From Rotaria socialis (taxonomy: Eukaryota), in assembly GCA_905331295.1 (NCBI GenBank), contig CAJNYD010000062.1, positions 496,001 to 560,000 of the forward strand: 64,000 nt of DNA, read 5' to 3'. Position numbers and translations under genes: made by a program. Shown piece after piece: positions 1 through 14,400 of this stretch (position 1 is the stretch's first letter; every line of letters begins with the position of its first letter). A model generated the notes under the pieces. It was not told the DNA's origin. It saw only the letters and a list, made by a program, of their open reading frames with translations, and did no database searches.

Positions 1-1270
1 TCATTGTCAAACAGAATTTCGAAATGCATACCTGTTCAATATTTACGATCATTTTACTGTACATCACGTTACAATAGCCAAAAAGGATTCCATTTGAAAA
101 ATCAAGAATATCTGAGCTTTGAGAAATTATATGGTGGATAAATATTCATTTCTATATCAGTTTCGATATGTAAATGTAAATCTGTTTCTTGTTTTCTGAG
201 TAGGATTACTGTGACTCACGTGAATACTGCAAACACATTTTAGATACTGATTTAGTTTCTGAGTCATTTTAGTTCTTTTACCGATGTACAGACAGAGGAT
301 AATATTAGGTATTGTTCTAATCGAATAACATTTTGTTGCAAATTGTTTTGATAAGAGCTACTGTCGATATAAAATATCACGATTTTTGCTTTTTTTATAA
401 GTATCAAGTCTCACCATATTTTTGAAATGATGCCGACGTGTGGACACTCAGTCAATGGTTAGATTCAACTGTGCTTGTGAGTGTTTTCTTTTACAATGAT
501 ATTATCAATATAATATATTTTCGTCGGTAGAAAAAAATTAATTTACTCTGGATATTGTACAATAGAGGATCCATGCGGACATCAAAACATCGGTAAATAT
601 TTGCATCAGGCGTGTTTTTTTCTTACAATACATGAATGATGAAAAAGCTGGGAGAATATAGCGATTGTACAAAAAGATCCGACTTAACTGTTGCTGATTA
701 GTTGCATATTGCAGAACAAGAAGCGTCAATAAATATCAGTCAAGGAAACACTAAAAATGACCATTCAATACTTCATTCAGGGATCTTACTAGACAGCCTG
801 ACTACAAGAATAGAAATGTGTGCATATTTTCGAAAGCAAGAATATAAACCCTAGGAAAACAAATACCCATCCAATATCATTCTATTGGCAAAGGATGAGT
901 GACACAACGAAGCTATATTTTAACATGACTCTCATAAGCACAATAAAATAGCATGCTTGAAACTATGGGTGTGAATGTGGGTGCACTTCTCTAAAATGAC
1001 ATCCCACACCCATGCCCTTCTTGTTATAGAGTGAATGACGATCACTTTTGTACACTATTAGATACGTCGAGACGCTTCTTTATTCTCATCCTTTTCGGAC
1101 AGCTTGAGCGAAAAAATACATTATGTGAGAACCAATTACATCGAATTTTTTATGAAAATTGAGGGTACCAATGGACTTACTTCTATTTACCTTTTTTTTT
1201 ACGCTTTTGTTTGTAAATTAATATTTTGAACTTTCAAAAAGTGCATTTATTGATTATGAAATTGTCAGCA

Positions 1271-1572
1271 GTGTCCAAGGACTGAGAAATAGGAATTCCT
1301 AATGTGTCGAGGAATTGTCAGTACCGCTTTGATAATTCCTGGAGGAAATGGGAATCAACTATAGGTTCCCTCACCGTTCCATCATTCACGAAAGTTGCGA
1401 TATTGCTGTTTTCAAAATAATTTTTGCATGAAATCATTGATTCTCACAATTTTTCAAGTGAAAATGAGTGTAAGAACAAAAACTATCGTGAATATTCTAT
1501 ATTTTTACCTTTATTATGCAAGAAAATGTATGGAAACTGATGAGGAATTCCTAATCCTCAGTCCTTGGACAC
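1271..1572. mobile_element. MITE-like element with terminal inverted repeats
   Basis: gtgtccaaggactgag...aggaattcct at 1271 pairs with aggaattcct...ctcagtccttggacac ending 1572; no coding capacity; TSD not resolved. Confidence 0.65.
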
Positions 1573-1818
1573 CCCTCAAAAAATGCCGATTTCTCTCTTT
1601 AGTTCCTAGGAAAAATGATTCCAAAAAGACTCACGCTTCTTTTATTTGACATGAATACTACACTAAGCATTTTTATTGAAGAGCATCTTTTTATCGAATT
1701 TCTGAAGTAAAATATAATTCAATAACTTAAATCAAACAATCATTGGATGTCACTAAGTACGTCGGGAAAAAGCTAGAGTATTGTTAGTTCTACAGAATAC
1801 AAAAGTTCAGTCACTGAT

Positions 1819-3150
1819 TTAGACAAGTTTCTTCGTTTGATTCACAACAAATAAGCCACTTAACATCGAAGGTATAATGCCACGGAATACACCTGTAGCA
1901 TCTCCAGCATACCAAATATTTTCTCCTGGTACTTTCATATTTTGGTCGAGTAGTGGATAGTTTCCAACGACTTCTAGTGTGGGTCCTTTGAGCATAAAAC
2001 TTTGCCGATCTAAATTTGTATCTTTACTGAACTTTGTGAAAAATAATTCAATCCCTGTAGCAATATGAGTACCGACATCATCATATATGTCATGTAACTT
2101 GTCCAATTCAGTAAGTGATAGTTCAAATGGACGTGTACCCTTCACTTTTTCTAAAAGTTTCTGAGCATCGTCGCTCTTGTAACACACATTGAAGCCGAAA
2201 TTACTTTCAGATGTTGCTGGACATTCCGAAGAGCCATAATAGGCAGCTATACCGTCTTGTTCGGCCCATGAACATCCTCCGTTACGACACCAAAAAAATG
2301 TTCGATACTCAAGATTGGCATCGGCTGTTGGAATAATTTTTGAATTGGCTTGTGTTGCATCCGAGAATAAACTATTATTTGCTGGACCGCAGAGACGTAC
2401 GCCAATTTCCACTTGCTTAAAAACATGTTTTATCATAGGAAATGACTGAGAAACGATTGGAAAAAATCGACCACCACTGAGAATGATATTCTTACAGCGA
2501 AATTCAACATCATTACCATTTTTCTTACAGTGCAAAATGTAAGTATTATCTGTTGTAGATTCTATCTGACACAGTTTAGTGTTCAGAGATAATTGATTCG
2601 GTTTTAGACCATGCAGAATTGAAGCAATGAGAGCAGTACGTTGTTCAAGTGTTAAACGGAACGTGGATTGCTTTTTTTGTTTTCGTTTTTCAGTATTAAT
2701 AATAGTTTGTTCATCGCTGTTTTGAATGTTGCCAAACCAAGCTGCCAGGGATGTTGCAACATCCAATGCCATATCAGCATGGCAACCCAAAATGGTGTTG
2801 ACTGTTGTGACTTGGCCAGCAGATTTTATACTGAGATCACGTGGAAAAGCTGGTATATCAAGAATGCCTTGAAACATTTTTGCTAATTGATTGTAGCTTT
2901 CTCGTAAACATTCTTGATCAAGCAACCACAATCTGTTACCGGCTGGATAAAATACAAAATAACCATCGGAGAAGAGACCGGCACCACCAATACCTCCAAT
3001 ATGTGTTTTATCATTGGATTGTACACGTTCCGATAGGCCATCGCCACTATCAATCAACAAATAATTAGTTTCATGATGTGCATTCAATCCGTAACTAGCC
3101 GATAAACCAGCTGGTCCACTGCCTACGATCACGTAGTTAAAAATTGTCAT
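1819..3150 (-). CDS. FAD-dependent oxidoreductase (COG2509/HI0933-like), intronless, HGT candidate
   Basis: 443-aa ORF with VIVGSGPAG (Rossmann GxGxxG), GGIGGAGLFSDG, EIGVR, RTFxxC and C-terminal YAGDATG..RGII..SG motifs typical of this mainly bacterial family. Confidence 0.85.
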   Translation of the reverse strand: MTIFNYVIVGSGPAGLSASYGLNAHHETNYLLIDSGDGLSERVQSNDKTHIGGIGGAGLFSDGYFVFYPAGNRLWLLDQECLRESYNQLAKMFQGILDIPAFPRDLSIKSAGQVTTVNTILGCHADMALDVATSLAAWFGNIQNSDEQTIINTEKRKQKKQSTFRLTLEQRTALIASILHGLKPNQLSLNTKLCQIESTTDNTYILHCKKNGNDVEFRCKNIILSGGRFFPIVSQSFPMIKHVFKQVEIGVRLCGPANNSLFSDATQANSKIIPTADANLEYRTFFWCRNGGCSWAEQDGIAAYYGSSECPATSESNFGFNVCYKSDDAQKLLEKVKGTRPFELSLTELDKLHDIYDDVGTHIATGIELFFTKFSKDTNLDRQSFMLKGPTLEVVGNYPLLDQNMKVPGENIWYAGDATGVFRGIIPSMLSGLFVVNQTKKLV

Positions 3151-4306
3151 TGCAAAGTATGTTTTCGCCTATAAAGACTATGTACAGAAAGAATTCATTC
3201 AATCATTGTTATTCGATAGGGATAAGCATAAAAATCGGAGAACAGAATTAGCGGTAAAAAAAATAGTAAACTCGCGCAAAAAGAACGAGGTCGAATTCAT
3301 CTGCTTATCGAATACATCCTTCAGTTAAAATTCGAGAGAAAAACAAATGAATGGCACAACATACTTGAAAAGATGAATAATTTAGTTGCTACGTGCTGTG
3401 TCATTCACAAGGTCATGTGCCTCACTCTTAAACAATAAGTCTTTTTTTTACTTCACATATATATATGAAACACGAGGAGTATACATCTAGTCCCCCTCAT
3501 TTCTGGCACGATACTATGAGCATTTCATTGGAAATGTGTAAGTACATTCATGAAGTGTGACCATTGTCATGATATGTCAAGCTTCGCATGAAAAGGGTTC
3601 TCCAATATCAGTGTTGTCATTGGAAATCATTCGATAAATATCGTTTAATTTGAATTTCTTCTCGCTAAAATTTGCTACAATGTTATGCATTGAAGTACTC
3701 GTGCAAATAAAATAAAAAAATGGTGCGGAGTGAATCACTTACGCTTCGTAATAGAACCAAACTGCTGGACGAATAAATGAATCATAAATTATATTCACAA
3801 TAATGTTACATTTCTCAGTATGACTGACGAAGAGAGAAGAAGAAAAACCAAGATTTTTTTCTCGTGTTTACTTGCAGACAGAAAGGAAAAATAATGAGTA
3901 TCATTGAAACGAAGAAGAACGATACAAAACACTGTTCAGATTGGGAAAGAAAAATATACAAAATTGAGAATCATCATGTGGGTACGAGTCGAGAATATTA
4001 ATATTAATAACCACACCTACATCAATCCAGTTTTATCATGATTAGTACAATCATAGCCAAAACAACTAAGAGGATATGTATGTGGTTTGGTTCCTAGTAT
4101 TGTATTTCCATTATTTGTCATTGGCACATATGCATACACACACACACACACATTTCTCTTCATAGTTTCCAAAAAATCGCATTTAGAATCCCTTTGACCT
4201 TTTTTCTTTGGTCATATGATATGTAATTGTCTGTATTAACAAGTGTATTACAGAAAAAAAAAATTAAGATCAATTTTGAGGAATCTTTTGACTCTTGACT
4301 GTTCAC

Positions 4307-4886
4307 TTATGGATGATTGATATATTGATAAACAGTAACACCTGTCCAACAACCGGTTAAGAGTTTACCACCAGAATAATGCCAAGTGTGAAATTCTTTT
4401 CTCATCACAAAATAGACATTAGGTAAACTAGAATATGTTCTGGTCTCGCTGACTTGAAAAAGTTTAATGTTTACATCACGAAGATAATTCACAGCATCCG
4501 TAGTCATAGCAGATGGGACTGAGCCTGTATACACAGTAGTACCATCGGGAAACGCTAAAATACGGAAAAATAAAAACGAAATTAGCTGACAATATGCTAG
4601 CCGAACAAAGAGTTATTTACGAGGATTGCTATAAGGACATTTGACTCCTTCTCCCCACGGTCCATTATAATCTTGAGAGTTTGCTTTTTGACCCAAACCA
4701 AATTTAACAAGGCCTGAAATAGAAAATAATACACGTATTTATTCGTGCTTTCTCGTTGTTTTGAAGACACAGAAAAACGAAAGGTATTGAGAGTTCAAGT
4801 CGACAAAAGAGAACCATGATAGAGAGACAGACAACGAGAGGATGAAGAAACAAAGTAATATGAAATAAAGATAAGAAAGGACTCAT
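4307..4886 (-). CDS. small spliced hypothetical protein, possibly secreted
   Basis: Exon ~4621-4713 (LVKFGLGQKANSQDYNGPWGEGVKCPYSNP) joins in frame via a short GT-AG intron to ~4307-4555 (FPDGTTVYTGSVPS...YINHP*); hydrophobic MSPFLSLFHITLFL... at 4886 is a possible first exon, but its phase is not resolved. Confidence 0.45.
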
Positions 4887-6826
4887 ACGAATGAAGCTGT
4901 GGCAGGTATTTGCTTTGATCTTGTGTAGATGAAACTTGGGACAGTAAAGTTCTGTGACTTTGACTGTTATCGGTTCCAATACAAGCAAAAATGAGATTAC
5001 TTTAAATTGTCGTTGGATTCTAAAACTATTGGTTCTTAAAGGAAAAACTACGAAGAAAAACTATTTTTCTTCTAGAAAATGCTGAAAATGTGTGAGTGCC
5101 AAGACACTCGAAATCTCCATTTGTAAGTAATATTACTCTTGACTTGAGTCACTTCAATACACACTTAGCCGGCTATCAACTATAATACTAATGTAATCAT
5201 GTAATAGGTATATGATAAACATAGTAAATCGACGATTTATCAAAGTCGATTGACCTGTCAAACTCGGATTAATCGCTACTTTTTAAATTAGTTACACCCT
5301 CTCCTCCAAGTTTGACGACTCAAGAGTAGATATAATCATTCTATTATTGTTGTGAAAAGCAACTATTTCTATGGCAAACTTCTTTCGCATTCAGGTCCAG
5401 TTGTCGACACCTTTTTTGGATAGATTAGCAGCAGATCATTTGGTGAAATCAATCTAAGAGTGTAAGACAAAGTCTTTTTTTTTATTGGTTTCACTGTATT
5501 TAATGGATTGAATAAGAGACTTATGTTGGCATCCTAGTCTCAACCAACCGATAGCAGGCACTTGGCAGCTCAATTGATGTAGTGGCTAAGCAGCCGTATA
5601 TGTACAGGAATAAGTGTTCTAACTATAACATGACCAAACCCACAATTGTTTCTCGTTTAAAATAGACAAATATTTACCATGCTCGCTATTAAAATATGTA
5701 GCTGATACAACAACAGACAAAGTTGATAATAATAGACAATATAAAATTGTAGTGAGCATGATTAGATTTTTCTAAACGAACAAATAAAAATGCAAATAAA
5801 ACATACTTTGTTTTCGAATTCAAAACAAATTGGGCTACCTATTTCAAAAAAGTGTTTGAAGTTATTTAGAGCAGCTGTTCTTCTCACAAGAATATGATAA
5901 AGTGCACAACGCTTATCGAAAATCATTCTTACTATCATAAGTTTAAAAAGAAAAACAATGTCACAAATACCGAGCAGAAAGCAAATGAAGGGTGTAGATG
6001 TATGGATGTTCTTAAATAGCATCACAATTAATAAATATATTCTACATAAAAAATCTTGTGGGCGTGAAGTAGGCCGTGTATCTTCACTTACACCCACACC
6101 CAATGATGTGAACAATGTCGATTCATTAGTGACATGAAAATGGAAAATGAAATTGCTTTTAGCTAATATAAGGAGTCAAAACAACGAAATAACTATACAC
6201 TGAACATGTTTGTATTTACAGGCTCTTCAAATTCAAACAATATTTTTGAAAAATCTTTCTGTTATGAAATCTCTACAGCAAAATTACTGAGTAGTTGATG
6301 TTCTTCTAGTGCAAATATTTGTGAAATGTTATACATCATTGGGAAGTGCTTCAAAATTTCTATCTCTTCATGGGACTTTCGTCAAAATCGAGACTTATTT
6401 CATATAATACTCTGGAAGAGGCGACATTCAGGATCACAAGAATGTGCTTTTCCAAAAATCGATTTTCTTAAGTGATTTTCTCATCAATTTTTAATTCTAT
6501 TTTATTGTAACAGTCTTTGAACTCAAATTTTTAAACAATATCGAATCTCTCTAGTCAAGCCGATCCCATCTATGTTGTCAGTGAAGTTATAGACTCGCAC
6601 CCTAACAAGTGTAACCTTTTACGAGAGTAATTTTCATTTCTAGTTAAATGTAAAGGTGAATAATAGACAATCGTCGATAGAAAAGTCAAAACATCTTCGT
6701 AGCGAATCTTAAGATTGTTGCCTATTAACATGAATAGAAATTCGATACAATCACTTTCTATTAATTCAAGTAGAAAAGCTGATAAAAGTCAAGAGTTAAC
6801 ATCATTTCTAGTTCTATTGAAGACAA

Positions 6827-8083
6827 ATGCAGAACGAATCTGAATTATTTTTACCATCGCGATTAGACAAGACACGACAACGACGGTTTCATCGTGCTCC
6901 TTGGTTGTCTTCTCGTTTATTTCATCTATTTGAACAATCTTCTCTCTATGGCTGTTTTCTATTCTTAGCTTTCTCGGTTGCCGTAGTTGTAGGTACACGA
7001 ACAACATATGAAGAATATCATGAATCAAGCGTATCAATACTGTTTTATATCGAATTAACATTGTGTGTGTATTGTTTGATTGAGTTTATACTGCGAACGT
7101 ATGCATCTGAATCAAGGTCACGTTATCAAGGGTTACACGGCAAAATTCAATTTTTCTATGAACATTATGTAATCGTTGATTTGGTGTTATTAATTTCATA
7201 TGCTACTATTTTTACTTCATATTTAATCAAATTTTATGATACACCGAAATATTTCTTACATGGTCTTCGCTTTCTTCAATTGCTTCGTTTTATTTCATTG
7301 GATCGATACATTAAATCAATTCCTTTAATTAGTTTTATCATTTGGCAATATCGTCGAGTTATTTTGGCAGCTGTCTACATATGTATTTTACTTCTACTAC
7401 CAACAGCTTACTTTTTGTGGCTTGTTGAACGACATATAGAAACCAATGGGCAATTCTTTTTTAAAACATACACAGACTCGGTATGGTTTACTATCAATTC
7501 AATGGCTACAGTAAGTGAAATTATGCTTAGGATTATTCTCAATAGCCATGACTTTTATTTTTGATCTAGATTGGCTATGGCGATACTTGGCCTCAAACAT
7601 TGACTGGTATTCATAAAATGTCATACTATGACTGATTCTGAAATTTATTATGATTTTTTTTCTCTGTCTTTGCTTAAAGGTCGTACTCTTACAGCAAGTT
7701 TATGTTGCATAGGTCTTGTACTTTGGACATTGCCTGCTGGTATTATTTCAGCTGGTTTAACATCCATTGACGAAAAGCGTCGTGAATCTGAACGTCTTCT
7801 TCGACCTGCAGCACGACTCATACTTGCTTGGTGGCGTTTGCAGACTATCAAGAATCAATCTCGAACCACATGTGGTAAACAGCAAGTTAACGGAAAATGC
7901 AAACAATTTATTGCTCGTCTTCTATATGCTCGACTACGCCGTGAATTTCGACGTTGTCACTATGGAACGAATGATGCCTACGATGTTCAACTTAGAGTTG
8001 ATATTGATCGAATTTTTCACTGTTTACAAACCATTAAACAAAAACTAGATGCTGTAGATGAAAAATGCTTAACTGATTTATAA
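6827..8083 (+). CDS. KCNQ: KCNQ/Kv7-like voltage-gated potassium channel
   Basis: Exons 6827-7510, 7570-7606, 7680-8083 (374 aa). S4 GLRFLQLLRFISLDR, filter T|IGYGD split by intron 1, S6 LPAGII, helix A PAARLILAWWR. Confidence 0.9.
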
Positions 8084-8496
8084 GAAATTGTTTTTTTTAA
8101 CAATCATGTATTTTTCACTAGTTCACTTTTGAAATCCAATCCCTTTACATTGCTAATATATTTCTTGTAATCGAACAGTAGAAATAAAATAGAACAAAAA
8201 CCTGAATATCTATTGTAATATATACTATGTTCAATACGATCGCCTGTCTAAATATACTTTAGCATCGTTCTGTTCCAGTTTTCATCAAATAATTCATGCA
8301 ATTTATTTGTATCAAGTTCAACAAGTAGTTCAAAATGTATCGATTATTAACAAGCATCTAGTTCAAAATCAATCACCAACTGAAAAAAAAACGTTTTCAT
8401 TCTTTACTTTCAATCGAGGAACATTAACTGTATATGAATGAAAAGAAAACAAAAAATTCGATTAATTTTGTTGAATCTAGGCATACTATGATGATC

Positions 8497-11400
8497 CTAA
8501 GATTTCTAAAGTAGGAAAGAAAAAAATATATGAATGTTTGATATGATTTTTCACGAACGAATAAATTTACTTCAATTAATGTTTTTAATTGTCCTTTAAT
8601 ATCTTCAAATGATTGATTTAATTTTGCTAGATCATCCTGTATTTGTCGTATATTACTATTTGAATTGTTTGAATCATTCATACTATCATTGTTATCTTCT
8701 CTTTTTTCAATGCAATGCAAATCGGAGCCATTCGACGATCTAGATCAATCAAAAAACAACATTAATCAATATTCTTCTACTTCTTATTCACTAACGTCAT
8801 TAACACAGCTTTTAATGCTTTGACTTCTTGATGAGCATATTCATATGTCGATGCAGCCTCAAATTGATACCAATCTTTAACACAACTTTTGTCGATGGGT
8901 ATCATCTCTATAAGAAATGAATTCTAAAATTTTAATGCCACCAAAACCCAATTGCCTTTAACTTACTAAACGTTTTGGCTCGCGGATCAGCTGACTTTTT
9001 AAAGCAAACTCGTCTTATATTAAAAAATGTCAAACGACATAGATAATACATATCATAGATAAGACTTATTGGTGGAAAAAAGGGTGCACGTGTATAATAT
9101 TCGCGTGTAAATATATATTGTTGTGTATGCCAAATGTTTTGTGTATCTTCGTACACTTGATCGAATCGTTTACTTTAAAATATAGGTTTATTCTTATGAT
9201 TTACTATTGCATTGAATATTTACCTAAACATGGCAATGAGTAAATTAGTAAGTAGAATATTCACAAAAAGCATATGAACGGCAAGTAATACATGTGTTGA
9301 TATTGACCAAGCTTCATCACGATTGTCTATTTAGAAAAAAATTTAATTTTTGAAAAAATAATGTTTGTAAAAAAAAGGCGAACTTTGACCCCATGCATGG
9401 ATATTGTCAACTTACTATCAAGGTCATCTAATTCAGTGCCGAATTCCCCGTACATTAAATAATACACCGGATATGCAATTTGACGGAAAATATCTCTACC
9501 ATTAAATGCAATGCTAATGCCAGTTTCATTAAATCTATTAGCATTTGGATAATATACCATTGCGCGTGAAGCTACACCATAGCCAGTCATCACAATAGCA
9601 ATAATACACATAAAAAATGCCAGATCCTTAAGCTATAGGAAAAGACAATGCAAAAACAAATAATTACTGTCTAAATATAAATCAAGTAGGACAGTTACCA
9701 TTTTCCCAATAGCTACAATATGTGGACCAAGGAATCGTACAACAAGAATAAATGAGAGAGAACGAAGCCACCAAATCTCTAGATCGATCGCCATGACTAT
9801 CCTAAATAAGTAAAATTTAGCCAATTTTTTTACAAGTATTCAATATTTTGAGGGAGAGAAAGTCTTACCTTGCTGCAAAAAATTCTTCGTCTGTAGTCGC
9901 ATGAGTAAACCTTAGAACTAGTCCAACGTAGAATAGAATAAAACCAGCAATCGTCATAATTTTAAATAAATTACGAAAATAATTAAAACATTTCCCCGGA
10001 AAACTTAAGTTATCCAGGCTGACGAACTAAAATTTTTAATAAAATCTGTTTTGCCTTAATTTGATTACATAAGAAATATTTACATAATGAATTTCTTCAA
10101 TTAACATGGACGAAACTAGAATAATTGTTACAATTTCAGTCCAATGGATTGAAGGAATTTTATCTGTTGGCAATTGAAAATTAAATAGAATCATGTAAGA
10201 AAAAATGAACAGGAAAACAATATAAGATAACTAAAATAAATAATATTGAAAAAAGAACTTTGAAGTTCACTTCTAAGACATACACAATGATAAAAATATT
10301 TCATTCGTAAAGCTTGATGAAAATTTTTTACACGATGCATGTATCGATTCAATGGTACAATCTTTGTATAACGTGGATATTCAAGTGTGTAGGCATCCGA
10401 ATAATTTATACCATACGGTTGTAAACTAAATTCGAAATTATTTTTCATAACACTTATTATTAGAGTTTCACTCAAAACTACTTACCGTCGAGTGAGAGAT
10501 TCATCTTTGGATTCCTAATCAAAAGAAGATATTATTAGTTTATCAAAAGTATTTGATCTTTGATCTCAAAAGGTGGAGAAAGTGTCTTCAAAATAAATCC
10601 ATGAAAATGATCTTGCAGCATGTTGCCGATAATTCATTTCGTTTCGTACTGTGCACTACCTGATTTCAGTGTTACATTCTCAGCTGGCCTCCGATTGCAC
10701 TTTTTTAAAAATACAGGAATTCTTAGAGGATCAAGGCTGTCCAAAATATAGGATTTTCGATAAGAAAATGGCAAAAAGAGAGGACGCTTCATACACCGTG
10801 TCTGTGCAATTTTTTGGTGTTTTTTAACTTCTCTGCTCGAAAATCGTTTTAATGAAGCTGTTATAAACAGTTCAACCGTAGCCAAGATCCTTACGTAATT
10901 TTTTCTAATGAAATAAGTCGCTAATTCGAGGATTATTATAAAAATTTTTCACAAATCGATAAATAACAATAAATTAGATCATAAGTTTTGAAAAAACAAA
11001 TACTATTTCTCATAATCAAAGGAGACGTTTCAGATTACGCACATGACTTCCGAAAAATCTCAACCTAATTTTAGTGTCCTGATAATTAGCATTCATCGCT
11101 TATTATTTTCCACAAATCTATTTTGTATTTTATCATAACTTATTTTTTTCTGGTAATAAGTAAGTGTAAATGAAAATGCATCTATACAGGGTGATGTAAA
11201 ATTTCATGGGCTTTCAGAATATGTCGTTACTTTTAAAAAACTATGTTCTTTTGGTAACAATATACTCAAAATACGGAGTGAAACTTATTTTTTCCAGGGT
11301 ATATATAGATATATATATACAGCTTTTATATCTAACTAAAACTTCGCTAAAAACCATAAACTATAGTGCATGATCACTTTGTGAATGTTTTTTTCTTTTG

Positions 11401-14400
11401 AACTATTTTGTATTTTGTACTTAGTACTAAACAATTTCTCAGTCAGCCCACTAAATAGGCGAAAGGAAAAATACTGTTTAAAACAAATGTCACTATAATA
11501 CAAGAATTCGTCCAAAACACATGATTATTCACATTAAAACTTTTTATTTCGTCTGAAGACAACAGCCAAATGAAGAAGTCTTCGGAAATTTTCTACTTTT
11601 TTCGATAAACTATAGGAAAAATAGGAATTATAGGAAATATAGGTCGAATCGCAGCCCAGATTCTCAGTTATAATTTACTTACATATAACTACACAATGGC
11701 CTTCCACAGAAAGTTGATTTTTATATTGTTAACTGATTGTGTCTTGGTCAGCGTAAAGAGAAACTTTCTAAATTTTATTATGTTGATGGATTATGTTAAA
11801 AAAAGAGACCATCAATAGACTGAATGTAGGTATTGGTTAAAAAACATAAACTTTCTATTCCCATTTTGGAACCGATCATACTCTATCGAAAAAATAAACG
11901 AAACTATATTTACGGCATGAAATACATCATTTTGTACAGAATTTCAAACACTATCTATTGATTAGGAACAAGTGTTTTTATCAGAGGGATGAACTTCTCC
12001 GTAGCTTCTCAAAAGAGATGCTTTTAAAAAAATGTCCATAGCTACTGAATGATTTCATAGCTACTTGATTATTGTATAGCTGCTTCCAACTTTACTGTAA
12101 TTATTCAAAGATCACGTATTTATTGAAAGTTCATGTACCTCTTTAAAGATTCTACATCAATTTTAAAAAAAGCATCCTAGCCGTATTACAAACAAAAGAC
12201 AAACTTTATTAATATGATTTCACGTATTTTTCCAAAAAAATCCTATTACGTATATCTTCCTCTTTTATACCATTAATGCCCCCAATATCATAAATATTTG
12301 AATATTCTAATGAATCAAATACAGATTCACATTATGAATATAAATTGCTTTACTTGAATTTATCTGAGAAACAGTATGATGAACCTCAATAATAATAATA
12401 ATAAAAACAATATCAACTCATGAACATTTGAAAGTAACCCGACATATAATAGAAATTCAAATCTCAAGTATTTCGATTCTTTCATCGTCAACTAAATATG
12501 AAGACTTACCCAGGTGAATGAATCCGATACCGAATCCGATCGGATCCCTAGTGTTAGAATCCGGTGAACATCTTACCAAATTCAACAACCGAACTCGATA
12601 GGAATTTTAGAAGTCGGATTCCAACGAGGTCCTAAAGAAACCTATCGGGTTTTGACTGGTTCCTGCTAGAATCGACGGGATTCCAACACTAGAGACCCGC
12701 GAGTGGATCCGCAACCAGGATTTGCTTAGAATTCTGCAGGAACCAATCGAAATCCGATCGAGTCCGGTTGGATCCAGGTATAGGGTTGTTCGTCCTGGGT
12801 ACATGTTTCACTTTCTCTTTAGTACATCCCTTTTCAGCCCCCCGTGCTCCTTTATATCATTAATAATGTTGGTATCGTAAATATTTGATTATTCTCATGA
12901 ACTCTATATACATTCCCATTGTGAATACAAAATGTTTTGTTTGAATTTTGCCTTAAAAACAATATAATGATATTCATTCAGTAGCTATACGAAAGCACTA
13001 AGTAGTTATGCTTAAGAGAATGCAGCAGATTATATTAAAAAAAAGTATCTCTTTTGAGAATGAGCCGAACTTCTCATTATTAATAGACTTATAATTAGTT
13101 TCTCTATGAAAATAAATTCTAACCCCTCCAGCATTGCGGTAGTTGACTAGGCATGGAGCCAACAGACCAAGTGATATAAAGCCAAGTCCCATAGAAATAT
13201 TATTCCGTTTGCGTGATTGTTCCGGATAAATTTTATCAAACCAAATATTATTCATAGCTTGAACACAGCATGGTATTGCAATAAATAATTTATCGTGTGC
13301 ATCAGCAGCAACCTTTTGCAAATAGAAATATGAAGAAAAAACAATTCATGTCTATCATACTTGAAGGCAGGTAACATTGCCATAGAGTTCTATTCGTTGT
13401 AAAATAATTTGGCATGCTTGTTCTGGATCATTTTTTTCACATTGAGTTACACAATCAATGGCATATTGTTGAAAATAATCAGCATTCTTCATATAACTAT
13501 CTTTTAATTCACCATGAGTAGCTTTTCTATGATATTCTTTTAAAATTTTTGTAGCTATCAATGCAGCACATATTCGATATTTTAAATAGCTTAGCAAAAC
13601 TTTAGCCAAATCCATATGATACATAAGTATCGACCATAAAAATAAATCTCGCATCGTATAATCTTCAATTTTTTGTCTATTTTCTTTATCGATAGGATCC
13701 TCGTCGTCTGCACCAACCTGAACAGTGATTGTATTTTGTTCGGCATCTTCTTTGTTTAAACCCCACAACGATCGATATGTCATCTCCTTTCTATCGCTAT
13801 CAAAGTAGAGTTTACTCATATAATCACCAATAAGTACAGAAATAACAGCATTAAGATCATCCGTTCTTTGAATATGTTTTTCAAAAATATCTGAATCTGA
13901 TTCAACAAACCAACGTAAATGCGTTGTGTCACTATTCTAGATGCGTATGAAGAGTAGATTTTGTTTTTGTTGTACTTAAAAATATCAAAACATACCACTG
14001 CTGCATCTGTATATAAATCTTCAATAAATTTTTTATATCGACTCGTTCCTTTGAAAAATTCATCGTTCGGAAAAAATATTTTACTTGGATCAATACCCAG
14101 TTTAAGAAATTCATAGACAAAGGTTGGTAAATTCTTTGTTAAAGCATATATAAACGTATATTCTTTGTTCTAAAAGAGAAAAAGGGACTATTTAATAAAG
14201 TACTCTTCAATATGATACAAATAATGTGTAAATTGATCATATTGGCATTTTAATCTCCACTGTAACATATGTACAACTGGCGAATGGAACGAAGAAACTT
14301 GCTTAAACTGTGAAGAATAAAGAAATAAACAGATAGCAGAAGCAGTAAAAATCTGTATTTTATGTCAATACTCGTAAATCTTTCGATTAAAATGTACTCA

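Noticed and set aside
1819..3150. Bacterial contamination
   Set aside because: Contiguous with intron-containing metazoan genes, similar AT-rich composition and no operon context; read support was not checked.
10620..12300. Possible autonomous transposon in the large TRPM intron
   Set aside because: TE-like fragments (e.g. tacagggtg at ~11184) but no paired termini or transposase ORF could be defined.
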